Origin: Octopus sinensis
Lineage: Eukaryota
DNA: 64,000 nucleotides
Reading direction: 5' to 3'
Assembly (NCBI RefSeq): GCF_006345805.1
Contig: NC_042999.1
Span: 140,554,001 to 140,618,000 of the forward strand
The notes under the pieces were generated by a model. It was not told the DNA's origin. It saw only the letters and a program-made list of their open reading frames with translations, and ran no database searches. Shown here piece after piece: positions 39,541 through 52,646 of the stretch. Each line of letters begins with the position of its first letter. Within the stretch, counting starts at the first letter, position 1. The position numbers and the translations under genes were made by a program.

Positions 39541-40056
39541 CACAGTTGAGACTTGAATGTAAGATCTTGGCATTAAGTATTAAAATAAGAAATAATGGAT
39601 TATATGATTGAAGAAAAAATAGAAAATAGATAGATAGATAAATAAATAGACTGCAAATTTTTAAAATTATGAATAAAAATAAAAGTATGAATTTAAATGT
39701 TAAACTGAAAGTAAAATGGTAGTTTTTGGCCATGTTCTTACAAACAAGTCTAGAAGAGTTGTTCCCCTTGAACAAGAAAAATTTAATGGCAAAATTTTTT
39801 TTGCACCGATGACGGTTTTTACTCGCGGTGTTCGCTCTCGTGTTAAACATACTGCAAGTATGCATTAAACTTACATAAACTGATGAAGTGCAACTTTCAT
39901 TGAATTGTTGACACGGAAACTCTAAGTCCTGAATGTAAATGTTTCCTACTAGAGTCATTTAATAAATTTAGTCCTCAATTCCTAATGATATTGAGGACTA
40001 ATTCTTTTGTTGTCACATGCAGTTTATCCGCGCACGCGTGTGTGCATACGTATATA

Positions 40057-41206
40057 CAAGGTGTTTGGGCTAAATTCGATGATTGTTTTATGTCAACGAC
40101 AATGGAGAACAAAGATTAAAGTTGTAGTTGAGAAAAAGTTAGATGACATGGAGGACTGGAAGCCATCTAAATATTGGAAAAGAGTTATACACGCTGGGTA
40201 TCAAAATACCAACGTTATATCTATTGCTCAATGTCTGTGAACAATGTAAAGGCTGTAAGACATGACATGGATAACTGTAATGGAAGCTATGAAGCTGTGG
40301 CCAGTAGGAAGGGACACAGCAGGTATTCTGACTGCATCTACATGCCAGGATTCATCCAACAACTGCAGGACAAAGTGATGGAAGATCTGAGCAAGGGAAT
40401 CTGGGCATTGGTGAAAGAAAGATGGATGTCGGAGTTGTCATAATGAAGCTGGGCTTGAATAAGGATCTTTGCTACCACTCATACAAGAGGCACAAAAGAC
40501 AAATTCTGACAGCCAAGACCAAGCAGAACTGTTTAATGAAGGCAAAGGAGCTCCTAAACAAGCTGAGGCATCCTGTTGAGCTGGGGATAATCTAGTTCTG
40601 AAATGAAAAGAACTTCTGCCAGGACCAGAAGCACAACACCCAAAACAAGTGGATTGCCTATAATCCATGTGATGTCCCACATATGAAAACCAAGTTCCCT
40701 CAAACTGTGATGGTTTTTGGATGTGTCTCCATTGAGGGTGGCATCATGCTGCCCCACATCCTTGAACAAGGCTTTAGGCTCAATTCAGATGGCTATGTGA
40801 ATCCACAAAGAGCCAGCTGTGGCTGTTGGAGAATTTCTACAACAACACCAGCTCAATTTCTGGCCTTCTGCTTTCTACATTTGTAATCCCATGGATTACT
40901 ATGTGTGGGACAAGGTTGAGAAAGATACCAACCACACTGCCTGCAACATCAAAGTTGAGCTGGTGATCAAGAACAAGGTGTTCAAAGACCTTCTCAGGGA
41001 CACAATGAGGAACACATGTGCCAGGTTATTGAACCATCTTGAGGCCATGATGGAAGCTGAAGGTGGCTACTTTAAGTAAACTGTTATCTCCCATTCATAA
41101 ACTAGTTGATATTTTAAAATTTTCTAAGATACTTTTATTTTTTGATGGGATATTGTGTTTTATTTTTACTTCTGTGCAAACAGTCAAATTTAGCCTGAAC
41201 AACATG
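40057..41206 (+). mobile_element. Decayed maT/Tc1-like element, longer copy with both imperfect TIRs
   Basis: Ends caaggtgtttgggctaaattcga / tcaaatttagcctgaacaacatg after TA; relic (F*N)EKNFCQDQKHN, MVFGCVSIEGGIMLPHI, NPMDYYVWDKVEK. Confidence 0.8.
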
Positions 41207-41261
41207 TGTGTATATATATATATTTCTACAGCTTGATACCCTTCTTAACACCAATCAGCCT

Positions 41262-41299
<38 letters not shown>

Positions 41300-41300
<1 letters not shown>

Positions 41301-44087
41301 TTAGCTTTCGTGGACTTGGAGAAAGCATTTGACAGGTACCCTGATCCCTTATCTGGTGGGTGATGCGGAAACTGGAGATTGATGAATTATTAACCCTTTC
41401 GTTACCAAACCGCCCGAAAAAAATTTTGGTTAATGTGACCAAGCCGCCCCAAACCGCCCGAATTTACCTATTCATATTTAAATGAGAATATCAGAGTAAA
41501 TCTCTTTAGTACATTCGTGAAAACACGTATTATACTTCGTAAACAGTTCAACTACAGTTTTGTACAAAAATCGAAGTTTAATTTTAATTCCATGAATTAT
41601 GGGAGATTTTTTTCCGAGATTTGTTCCTATTGTGTTTTCAAAATTTGTAATTCTGACAAAAAATAGATACGAATTTCATTATATCAAGCAGCGAGTCAGA
41701 ATTCAAAGGATTTTCTACTGAAGACCTTCATAAATCTAACTCTATGACTGAAAAAAAAAAGCATGTGGTATTTGATAATGAATCTGATGTTTCATTTTCC
41801 GAAAGTGAAAACAGTGAATCTGAGAGCTTCGATAGCGATAAAGAAAATGAATTGGCACCTGAATGGAGTGAAAATTTAAAAACTGTTTCTTTCGGTGATT
41901 TTTCTGAAGAAACTGGACCAAGCCACAGACTTTCCCAGAAGAGTAAAGCCTTAAACTATTTCTTTTTACTTTTTCGAATGAGCCTATTTGAAATCATTAC
42001 GGCGGAAACGAACCGTTACGCTAAACATAAATAAAACGAAAGAAAGGATAGTTTGTTATTTCCCACAACCTTAAATGAAATTAAGGCCTATTTTGCCATA
42101 AATATTATTATGGGTATCAGAAAGTTACCCAGAATAACAAATTCTATCGTAAAATTTTGTTGTATACCCAATTGAATATTAGCTAATAACCCATTTTCTA
42201 TAGTGATGTTTGAACAAAATGTTAATAATTTTATATATTGTTGAATTTACCTGTATCTACCTGCAATTAGAGTCACTTTGTGACAAAAATTATAGTATAG
42301 AATTGGTTGAGAACATTTCATTAAATTATCTTCCAAAATTCATGTTAATATAGTGATAAATAAAAAAGTTATAGTTGTTTAATGAAACCAGACTAAATTT
42401 ATGATTACGTTAGAAATTAATTGAAACACATAAGGGGTGTATTTTGGTCAGAAATATAGTAACGAAAGGGTTAATAAGGGCTGTACAGACCCTATACAGA
42501 GAGGCCGTTAGTAAGGTTAGGATTGGCAATGAGTATAGCGAAGAATAATTCCGGGTAGAAGTAGGGGTCCACCAAGGTTCAGCCCTCAGTCTCCTTTTAA
42601 TTATCATAGTCCTTCAGGCAATAAAAGAGGAATTCAAGATGGCTTACCCCTGGGAGCTCCTCTAAGCTGATGACCTGGCCCTCATAGCAGAATCACTACT
42701 AGAACTAGAAAAGAAATTCCAGGTGTGGAAGCAAGGTTTAGAATCAAAAGGCCTTAGAGTCAATGTAGCAAAGACCAAAGTTCTATTAAGTAGGAAGGCG
42801 AACTCATCACACACCCACTCAGGTAGGTAGCCTTGCTCGATCTGCAGAAAAAGTGTAGGTAGAAACTCCATAAGATGTACCCAGTGTAAGCTATGGACAC
42901 ATAAGAGGTACAGCAACATCAAAGGAAGATTAACTGAGAAGATAGCTTTCGTGTGCGGCAGATGCACAGGAGCAATAAACTCCACAGATGCTCAGAAAAC
43001 AGATTCCATCACACTCCAGGGGGAGAAACTAGAAGTAATTGATAGCTTCTGCTACCTAGGTGACCAAGTTAGTAGTGGGGGTGGAAGCTCAGAGAGTGTT
43101 ACCACTAGAATAAGAATAGCCTGGGCAAAGTTTAGAAAGCTTACTGGTGACAAAGGATCTCTTGCTCAGAGTGAAAGGTAGATTGTACGATGCATGTGTG
43201 CGAACTGCCATGCATCACAGCAATGAAACATGGGCCGTAACTGCAGAGGACATGCATAGGCCCGAAAGAAATGAAGCTAGCATGATCCGCTGGATGTGTA
43301 ATGTCAGTGTGCACACACGACAGAGTGTAAGCGCCCTGAGAGAAATGTTGGACATAAAAAGCATCGGATGTGGCATGTAAGAGAGACGTTTGCACTGGTA
43401 TGATCATGTACTATGGATGGATGAGAAAATATGTGTGAAGAAGTGCCACTCCCAAACAGTTGAAGGAATCTGGGGTAGAGGTAGACCCAGGATGATATGG
43501 GATGAGGTGGTTAAGCATGACCTTCGAACGTTGGGCCTCACAGAGGCAATGATGAAAGACTGAGACATCTGGAGATATGCTGTGACAGCAAAGACCCGAC
43601 AAATAAAGTGAGTACATGGCTGTATCCTACACCAGTTTTGAATAACCAGCCCCAGCCCATTCAAAAGTACCTTGGATCGTAGGACAACCTGCTGAGCTTG
43701 AGGAAACCTATTGAGTCAAGTACATCAACATCAAAATAAAAATCAAATGGAAATTGTAGTTGTGATACCCATGCCGGTGGCATGTAAAAAGCACCATCCG
43801 AATGTGGCCGATGCCAGTGCTGCCTTGACTGGCTTCCATGCCAGTGGCACGTAAAAAGCACCAACCGATCGTGGCTGTTGCCAGTCTCCTCAGGCCCCTG
43901 TGCTGGTGGCATGTAAGAAGCACCCACTACACTCACAGAGTGGTTGGCATTAGGAAGGGCATCCAGCTGTAGAAACACTGTCAGATCAGACTGGAGCCTG
44001 GTGCAGCCTCCTGGCTTCCCAGACCTCGGTTGCATCGTCCAACCCTTGCTAGCATGGAAAATGGATGTTAAATGATGATGATGATAT
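41300..44087 (+). mobile_element. 5'-truncated RTE LINE (RT, C-terminus and 3' UTR with (GAT)n tail), interrupted by piggyBac
   Basis: LAFVDLEKAFDR; GVHQGSALS; the LYADD position reads CTC TAA GCT GAT GAC (stop); RGRPRMIWDEVVKHDLRTLGL; tail gcatggaaaatggatgttaaatgatgatgatgat. Confidence 0.93.
41394..42470 (+). mobile_element. Non-autonomous piggyBac derivative (1077 bp)
   Basis: TTAA TSD on both sides (41390-41393, 42471-42474); 12-bp TIR CCCTTTCGTTAC / GTAACGAAAGGG; ORF 41744-42034 with acidic N-terminus and YFFLLF...FEIITAETNRYA, like a piggyBac transposase N-terminus. Confidence 0.92.
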
Positions 44088-44999
44088 ATATATATATGTG
44101 GCTGGTTGGCATTAGGAAGAGCATCCAGCTGTAGTAACAATGCTAAAGCAGACATTGGAGTATGAGGTAGTCTTTGGACTCATCAGATCCTTGTCAATCC
44201 ATCCAACCCATGCCACCATAGAACATGGAAATTAAGTGATGAATATGATATTCTTTTAAAAGCTTCTAAAGTCACTTTGTTCAATAAGTCTCCGGTATGA
44301 ATTACAGCTCTGGAACATTGGCAAGTTAAAGATGCCTAATGATGATTTCTGATGGGATAAAGCCACAATTTCAAAAGTTTAGGTATATAATCAAGATGGA
44401 ATAGTTTCTTCACCATATCTTTAAACAAATGCAATACAATAATGTAAAAGATGGGGAAAATGAATAGCTGCTAAAGATGAGCTCAATTTTCTTTCAAGTA
44501 CATTGTATTAAACCACTATTTAGCCATAAATTCAACACATAACAAGGTATTGAAGCAAATTCCGATTGGAGATATTGAACTAATTCTTGAATAGTGCTTT
44601 TGTGATTGTCTGTTCAAGGTAAATATAAATTGCATTTACTATCAATGTAATTATAAATTTCTCAATGTTAAACAGTTTATCAGATCTATTAATCACAGTA
44701 TGGATTTGGATTCTATTGGGGAAACGTATATATGTATTGAAATATACATCTTCACTGGTGCTGAGAAGAAGGTATAGAAATGCTAGCATAAAAGATTGCT
44801 GTATAACTGAAAAGGCCATTAAGGGTGTGAAAGCAAGGAAATAACTACATCATCATAGATAATGACTGAAATGCTGTAGGACATCCATTACTCAGTTGAA
44901 CAAGGGAGGAGACTTCCAGTGACTGATATTGCAGTATCATCATCATCATCAACTCTTCAAAAGACAAAAGAGATGCTTTAAAGAGAAGTAACTACAGAG

Positions 45000-45520
45000 G
45001 TGTCAAATTAACTGACAATGTTAAGTAACAGACTGAGTTCCAATGCAGCTAAGGAATTAAGTTAGATGAGATGAAGTCTGGATTTGTATTATGATGCTTA
45101 TTCCTAGTGAGATAATTAAAGAAGGTCTCAGCAAAGGGCAAGTCTCTAGCAGTAACTGAGCTGGAGAAACCTTTTAACAAAGTATAATGTTCTGTAGCCT
45201 GGGGGTTGCTAAGAAAATTAAGCATAGATGAACAGGTCGTGAAAGCTGTACAGCAAAGTGAGAGTTGACAAGAGATTTGGAAAGCAGGTTGGTGTCCATC
45301 AGACTCAGTTCTGATCTTCCACCTCTTCAATATAGTTTTTCCATGATATAGTAGAGAAGTATAGGACTGGTTGTCCTTGGGAATTTTTGTAAACCAATGA
45401 CCTAAATCTTATAGCTGAATCTGTTGAAGAATTTGACAAAAATTCCAAAAGAGAGGTTTTAAAGTAAACTGAAAAAAAAAAAAACATTTTGATTTAGCAA
45501 GAAACTCAAATCTCTACAGA
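45000..45520 (+). mobile_element. Old RTE RT relic
   Basis: Degenerate counterpart of the LEKAF...LRKLGIDE...VGVHQ...GCPWE segment. Confidence 0.6.
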
Positions 45521-46935
45521 CATCTAGGAAGTATGCATGCTTGATATGACGAAAAGGTATAGGTATGAATTCTTAATTATTAATCCAAAGTAAATTAGTG
45601 GTGAGCAAGAAGTACAACGAGAATACAGGAATATGTAAGCAGCAGGTAAATAAAAGTGGAATACTCAGCAGTAAGAGTATCCATGATATAAACGCTCAGA
45701 GGGATCCCCTAAAGTAGTTGATAGCCTTCATTACCTAAGTGAACTATTTAACAATGGAGAAGGCATTCTGAAAATATAGTAACCAGAGTAAGAACGAGTT
45801 GAAAAAAGTTCAAGGAGCTGAAAAGGATTATTTTTCCAAGTTAAGGGCAGATTGACTGATGTATATGTAAGAAATGTAATGCTGCCTGATAGTAAAATTG
45901 AGTAATCAATGCAGAGGATATATGAAGGCAGGAAAGAAATAAAATTAGCATGCTTAACTTGATGTGTAATGTTAGTGTTTAAGAAAAACAAAGCACAAAT
46001 GAGCTGTGGGAAAAATTAGGTATAACTGCAATCAGATGTAATATGCAAGGCAGAAGATTGAGCTGGAATGGGGATGGCATATTGGTAAAGAAGACCGAAA
46101 CAATCCAAGTGGAAGGAACAATAAAAAAGGAAAACCAAGCAAGGTATGGGAAGTAGTGAAAACAGATTTCAGGAGGCTGAACTTCCTGAAGGAGAAGACA
46201 AAGGACAGCAGCAAATGATGAAACACTGTGTTGGAGAAGACCCAGCGAATCCATGCGAATTTGGAAAAATGGATGTAAACTGATTTCAACACAGATTAAA
46301 TTACTACAAGTTGCATTTAGCTAAGCCAACAATATGCTTGAGTATCATTCAAATCTTACTTGGTTTAAACCCTCAGTGGCCTAGCTCCTAGCCATAAAAG
46401 ATACCAGTACTTCAGACCTCACAATTATAGGAAATTAGAGCAATATAAAATTGACAAGGATCTCATTAGCTTAAAACATTGAGTTAAATTCCCCATTTGG
46501 ATATTACTTGAATAAAGTGGGAGGAAGAATAACAAGGGAACATTTGCAGACATTTGAGTGACCATATACACAGTACACAGTCACTCGATCTTCAAGAAAT
46601 AGTAGCCAAATATTCTTCAAATCATAAAAAAAAATGAATGACACATTGGATAAAGATCGATTAGTTGTGCTTGGAATGCTTTTAATCATAGGTCTATTCT
46701 TTCATCATCAACAACGACAACAACAAAAGGATGCATTTGATAATGTAGTTTTGAAAATGCATTTAGAGAAAGGCCTTTGTTAGAATGGGGTCTGATTGAT
46801 TAGGTATCAGTTATGATCTAAGGCTAAACAATATCAAGAATTTAAATGGAGGATGAGCTCCACAGAGTAGTCTTGCTCATGATAGCCATATGAATCATAA
46901 AACATGCCATCAGTAAAATAAGAATAACAGACATA

Positions 46936-47101
46936 TGCGCAGGCATGGCTGTGTGGTAAGAAGCTTGCTTCCCAACCACATGGTTCTGGGTTCAGTCCCA
47001 ATGCATGGCACCTTGGGTGAGTATCTTCTACAGTAGCCTCAAACCAACCAAAGCCTTGTGAATGAATTTGACAGATAGAAACTGAAAGAAGCCCGTTTTG
47101 T

Positions 47102-47137
<36 letters not shown>

Positions 47138-47350
47138 TTCTGTGTGTGTGTGTGTGTCTTTGTATCTGTATTTGTCCCCCCAGCCCATTGCTTGACAATC
47201 AATGTTGGTGTGTTTATGTCCCCGAAACTTTGTGGTTTGGCAAAAGAGACCGACAGAATAAGTACTGGGTATACAAAGAATAAGTCCTGAGGTCAATTTC
47301 TTCAACTAAAGGCAGTGCTCCAGCATAGCCACAATCAAATGACTGATATG
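46936..47350 (+). mobile_element. tRNA-derived SINE with internal (TA)n/(TG)n
   Basis: Head gcgcaggcatggctgtgtggtaagaagcttgcttcccaaccacatggttctgggttcagtccc (A/B-box-like). Confidence 0.85.
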
Positions 47351-47389
47351 TGTAAATGAGACAATATGAAATAATTATTTAATATATAT

Positions 47390-48110
47390 AGGTACAAGTG
47401 TGGCTGTGTGGTAAGAAGCTTGCTTCCCAAGCACATGGTGCTGGGTTCAGTCCCACTGTTTAGCACCTTAGGCTAATGTCTTCTATTATAGCCTCAGGCT
47501 GACCAAAGACTTGTGAGTAGATTTGGCAGATGAAAACTGAAAGAAGCCCACTGTATATAATATATATATATATATAAGAATGAAGGCACATGGCCTTGTG
47601 GTTAGGGTATTTGGATTAAGATCATAATGTCATGAGTTCAATTCCCAGCAAAGCATTGTGTCCTTGAGCAAGACACTTTATTTCATGTTGCTCCAGTCCA
47701 TTCAGCTGGCAAAAATGAGCAGTACCTGTATTTCAGAGGGTCAGCTTTGTCACACTCTGAATCTCCCTGAGAACTATGTTGAGGGTAAATGTGTTTGTGG
47801 AGTGTTTAGCCACTTGCATGTTAATTTCACGTGCAGGATGTTCCATTGATCAGATCAACTGGGACCCTCGCCATTGTAACCAATGAAGTGCCATATATAT
47901 ATACATACACCCATGTGTGTGTTTTGCACCCCCACCACTACTTGACAACTGGTGCTGGCTTGTTTATGTCACAGTAAGGAGTTTAGCAAAAAGAGACTGA
48001 TAGAATAAGTACCAGGCTTTAAAAAAAAGGGCAGGGGTCAATTTGTTCAACTAAACCCTTCAAGGTGGTGTCCCTTCATAGCCTCAATATAATGAGGCTA
48101 AACAAGTAAA
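47390..48110 (+). mobile_element. Two further adjacent SINE copies (about 47390-47555 and 47580-48110)
   Basis: Same head as 46936; second copy has the gtgtccttgagcaagacactttatttc core shared with 1-472. Confidence 0.75.
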
Positions 48111-48613
48111 AGAAAAGATAATACAAAGTTAAGTCAGTAAGAAACAGCATGTACTTGATAAAGTTGTCCGGGTTTTCAGATGTAACACACATATGGGACA
48201 ATTATATTTTTTAATTACAGTTCACTGGTGTGCCAATATTTCTTGGTTTCTTTGTTATCTCTCACCCCAGTGACTAATTGAATTGAATAACAGAGAAGTA
48301 ATAGTTATTATTAATATAGATTAATAGACTACCAATTCACCATTCTGATATATTTTAGGGCAAGCAAAAACAGATGAATATTTGATGCCTCGCTTTTATA
48401 CAAACAGAACACACATACATTCATATTCTTTTTTGTTCTGGAAGAAAACCAAATTTTGAATCTATTATTTCACTATCTAGCACTTATGTTATCAACGAAA
48501 GGGTCGAGGGCTGTGTTCAGCACATCACAAACAATAAACTGTTAAAAATAGTCCAACTTGCTATTTGACTGGTAAAGACATACATATATCAAGTGAGATA
48601 GGTCCTGTATCAC

Positions 48614-48920
48614 CATCATCATCATCATCATCATTGTCGTTTAATGTCCACTTTCCATGCAGACATAGGTTGAACTGGCAAGCTGGGAGGCTGCACCAGG
48701 CTCCAATCTGATTTGGCAAGGTTTCTATATTTGGATGCCCTTCCTAACACCAAACACTTTGAGAGTGTAGTGGGTGTTTTTTATGTGCTACCGGCATGGG
48801 AGCCAATTAGGCGGTACTGGCATCGGCCACGCTCATATGGTGCTTTTTATGTGCCACTGGCATGGGTGCCAGTCAAGCAGCACTGGCATCGGCCATGCTT
48901 GAAGGTGTTTTTTATGTGCC
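48614..48920 (-). mobile_element. RTE 3' UTR fragment
   Basis: (CAT)n tail with about 3 tandem ggtgctttttatgtgccac units. Confidence 0.8.
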
Positions 48921-49624
48921 ACATATATGATTATACAAATACACTCATCATCAGCATTTACATCATTTTTATATATTGGAATGTATTGGACAGATTGTCA
49001 TGGTTTGAACCAGTTTCAGTTCTTATTCAGAGTTACTGCCATCCTAGATGGGTTTCACATATAAGCTCCATTTCTGGAAATGGTCTCTGTGGCTGGGTGC
49101 CCTTACTAAAACCCAACTATTTTACAGAATGTACATAACATACAGAAATACATATTAAAGTGATATGATATTGGTAAAAGAAGGAAAGAGAATAAATTAG
49201 TCATTCAACCAAATTAAATAGAGATAGATAAATAATTGATATTTAATCATTAGATGAAAATAGAAAAACTAGTTGTCTAGTTGTCATAAGAAAACAACTT
49301 TGTGTTGCTTTCTTCCAAGCATGAAATGTAGTTCTTTAAATAGCACTCCAGACAGATATTCTAACATGTAACTGTGTTTCATATGTTGTTCTTGTTTTAG
49401 TTAATATTATCATTATATGATTATTATTATTACTTGAAGATATTTTGATTAATATATAAATAAATGATCATCAGATGTGATAAACTCAGTGGTTAACTAA
49501 CTATAAAGAAAAAAATAAGATGGATTCCAGTTGCGATGTATAAACTAATTTTAATTAACAACTTATCGATAAATAGAAATGTGCGTAGGAAAAGAATTAA
49601 ACAAATATGCATCTATCTCAATAT

Positions 49625-50050
49625 CATCATCATTGTCATTTAATGTCTGTTTTCCATATTGGCATGGGTTGGGTGGCTTGACAGGGACTGGTAAGGAGCT
49701 GCACCAGGTTCCATAGTCTGTTTTGGCTTGGTTTCTATAACCAGATGCCCTTCCTAATGCCAACCACTCCACACAGTGTTTTGGGTGCTTTTTATGTGGC
49801 TCCATCACAGGTGCTTTTGAAGTGGCACCAGCACCAGTGCTTTTTATGTGGAACTTTGATTGTAGGATCTCAATTATGTTGTGGTAGGTGGGTCTTCTCA
49901 AGTACAGCAATGCACCACATATCTTGGTCCTCTGTCATCTCTGATAGGCACTTCTTTATGCAACTGCACTCATCCATCCATGTCATATGACCAAACCAGC
50001 ACAGCCTCCTCTCTATACTGCATATAATTCCTCTTATGCCCAACTTCTCC
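49625..50050 (-). mobile_element. RTE 3' end fragment with deletions
   Basis: ERRLCWFGHMTWMDECSCIKKC relic plus tail. Confidence 0.75.
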
Positions 50051-50112
50051 TTCAATAAACACACACACATACATTTACATACATATACTTACACACACAA
50101 ACATATATATCC

Positions 50113-50156
<44 letters not shown>

Positions 50157-51059
50157 ATATATACACATACACATATTTATACACACAATTTGATAGACAG
50201 AAACTGTGTGAAAGCCTCTCTCTTTCTTCATTTTACGCATGCAACTGATATCAGACACAACTGATATCATTCAAATCTGTCCCTCTCAGAATGTTTTTTT
50301 TTTTAATATTTCAGGGTTTATTCACTACCAAACTGATCAACATAGTATTTTTTACTTCCATTAATAAAAAAGCTATGTACTTCCAGCCAGCAGGTTTGAT
50401 TAGTTATCTACATTGTCAAGTGCAATAGTAGATGTGAAAAACCAATGGTAACTTTCTGACCAGCCATAACTATATAACTTGACTACATAAATTGCCTAGT
50501 AATAATATTGATTATATTACTGCTAATAATCCTCCCTTAAGACCTGTTCTGAGAGGAGAATTAGTACTAATTCTATTAATACAAGTGAATAAATGTCTTT
50601 GTAATTTCAAAGACAAAATTACCGGTCATTTAGAATATCAGTGTTTAAGGAAGAATATAGTGTTTCAATGTAAGGTCATAACAGGAGTTCATACATATTA
50701 TTACATAGATCTTCTGCTACAATTTTGAAATCTAGATTACATAATCATTCTTCTTCATTTAAGATTACAAGAAAATGTAATTCTACGAATCTTAGTAGGT
50801 GCATTTGGGCTTTTAAAGACAAGAACATTAATTATGATATAAAGTGGTCCATTATTAGTTATGCACCATCACACAATACTGGTAAATTTTAAATGTGATC
50901 TTTGTCTTGAGGAAATGTATTATATAGTTACTTCTAAATTAGTATTATTAAATTGTGGAAATAATTTTACAGTGAAATGTTCTCATAAATATAGAAATGC
51001 ATTTAAATATTTCAATAGTAAATAACTCATTAATTACAACTGCTTTTATTATAATCTAA

Positions 51060-51482
51060 TTCTTTTACATGTTCCACTCACTTGATTGTAGCCATGCTGG
51101 AGCACAACCTAAAGAGTTTTATTCTAAGAAATCAACCCCAGGACTTAGTCTTCGTAAGCCTAGTACATATTCTATCAGTTCTTTTGCCGAACTGCTAAGT
51201 TATGGGGGACATAAACACACCAACATTGGTTGTCAAGCAATGGTGGTGGTGGTGGTGGTGGGGACAAACACAGACATGCACATATAAATATAAATATATG
51301 TATATAGATACATACACACACATATGGGCTTCTTTCAGTTTCTGTCTACCAGATCCACTCACAAGGCTTTGGTTGGCCTTGGACTATAGCAGAAGACACT
51401 TCCCTAAGGTACCATGCAGTGGGACTGAACTTGGAACCATGTGGTTGGGAAGCAAACTTCTTACCCCACAGCCATGCCTGCA
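51060..51482 (-). mobile_element. tRNA-derived SINE, inverted relative to 46936
   Basis: Ends gggactgaacttggaaccatgtggttgggaagcaaacttcttaccccacagccatgcctgc, the reverse complement of the SINE head. Confidence 0.85.
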
Positions 51483-51739
51483 CCTAATATGCATAATTTT
51501 TCTAAAAAAAATAGCATATTTAATAGATAGATAACTAATTGTTGTGATGTAGAATTTCTATGTTTATTTTTTATTCTTTCGTTATCTACTGATGTCATCA
51601 AAAGTTAAATACTAAACTGGCTTGTCTAAAAATATGATATTTTTTCTTAACATTCTTTTTGTACGTGTTCATCTATTAGAGATATTTTCTGAGTTCACTT
51701 TGCATTTAGCCCAAGTTGGATTGCTTTGATAATGTTTTC

Positions 51740-52620
51740 ATCATCATCATCATCATTTAGCATCCGCTTTCCATGCTAGCATGGGTTGGACGGTTCAACT
51801 GGGGTCTGTGAAGCTGGAAGGCTTCGTCAGGCCCAGTCAGATCTGGCAGTGTTTCTACGGCTGGATGCCCTTCCTTAGTATATATTAATTTGACTGGTAT
51901 TTTATATCTTTTTTCTGTCTCTAATATGCTGGTACAACAGAAATGGTCATCAGTAATATATGATTTAATCATCAATTAAAGATGTGAATTTCTCCATTCT
52001 TGTTCTTATATATATATATATATGTTCACACACACACACACACTCCACGCACACGCGCGTGTGCATCTAAAAGTAACCAGAAACGTTCCATGTGGGACAA
52101 ACCCGTTGAGGTTCAGGCTTTCACGGCTAGACGCCACTTGATGTGACCCTCAGGCATTAGTCTGCCAATTGGTGGCATTGTGTGATGTCATATGTGTCTT
52201 TGCTTTGCAGTGCCTCTTCCCTTTTCAGTCTGTCCTTTATGTCTACTCATTGATGTCAATGGCATTTTGCTGTTAATGCCACCAAAATAAACAATCTCAT
52301 TGACAATGGCACAAAACTTTGAGGATTTTTGGTCAATAACTGATGAGGAATGAGCATGTCTACACCTTGTGTGGGTGTTTTTTTTTTCTGTTTTCCAGAA
52401 ATTTTTTACCCCACACACAATCATCATCATCATCATCACTATCACCATTTAATGTCCATTTTTTATGCTGGCATGGGTTGGATGGTTTGATAGGAGCTGG
52501 TAAAGCTAGGAGCAGCATCAGGCTCCATTGTCTGTTCTGGCATGGTTTCTACAGCAGTATGCCCTTCCTAATGACAACCACATTACAGTGTGGTGGGTGC
52601 TGTTTATGTGGTACACCAGC
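51740..52620 (-). mobile_element. Two short RTE tail fragments (about 51740-51873 and 52420-52620)
   Basis: (CAT)n-tttagcatccgctttccatgctagcatggg pattern. Confidence 0.7.
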
Positions 52621-52646
52621 ATCAATGCTTATATATATATATATAT

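Noticed and set aside
39479-39958. 159-aa minus-strand ORF
   Set aside because: The C-terminal half is AT-rich low complexity; no domain or splice support.
44580-44819. Possible IIIS1 exon (FLYLLLSTSED)
   Set aside because: Superficial similarity only; lacks AAEDP and credible splice sites.
46936-47000. tRNA gene
   Set aside because: SINE head with A/B-box-like motifs; no cloverleaf, and multiple copies with SINE bodies.
52188-52448. Possible pre-IIIS1 exon (KFCAIVNEIVYF)
   Set aside because: Similarity limited to a few residues; no matching splice sites or following transmembrane segment.
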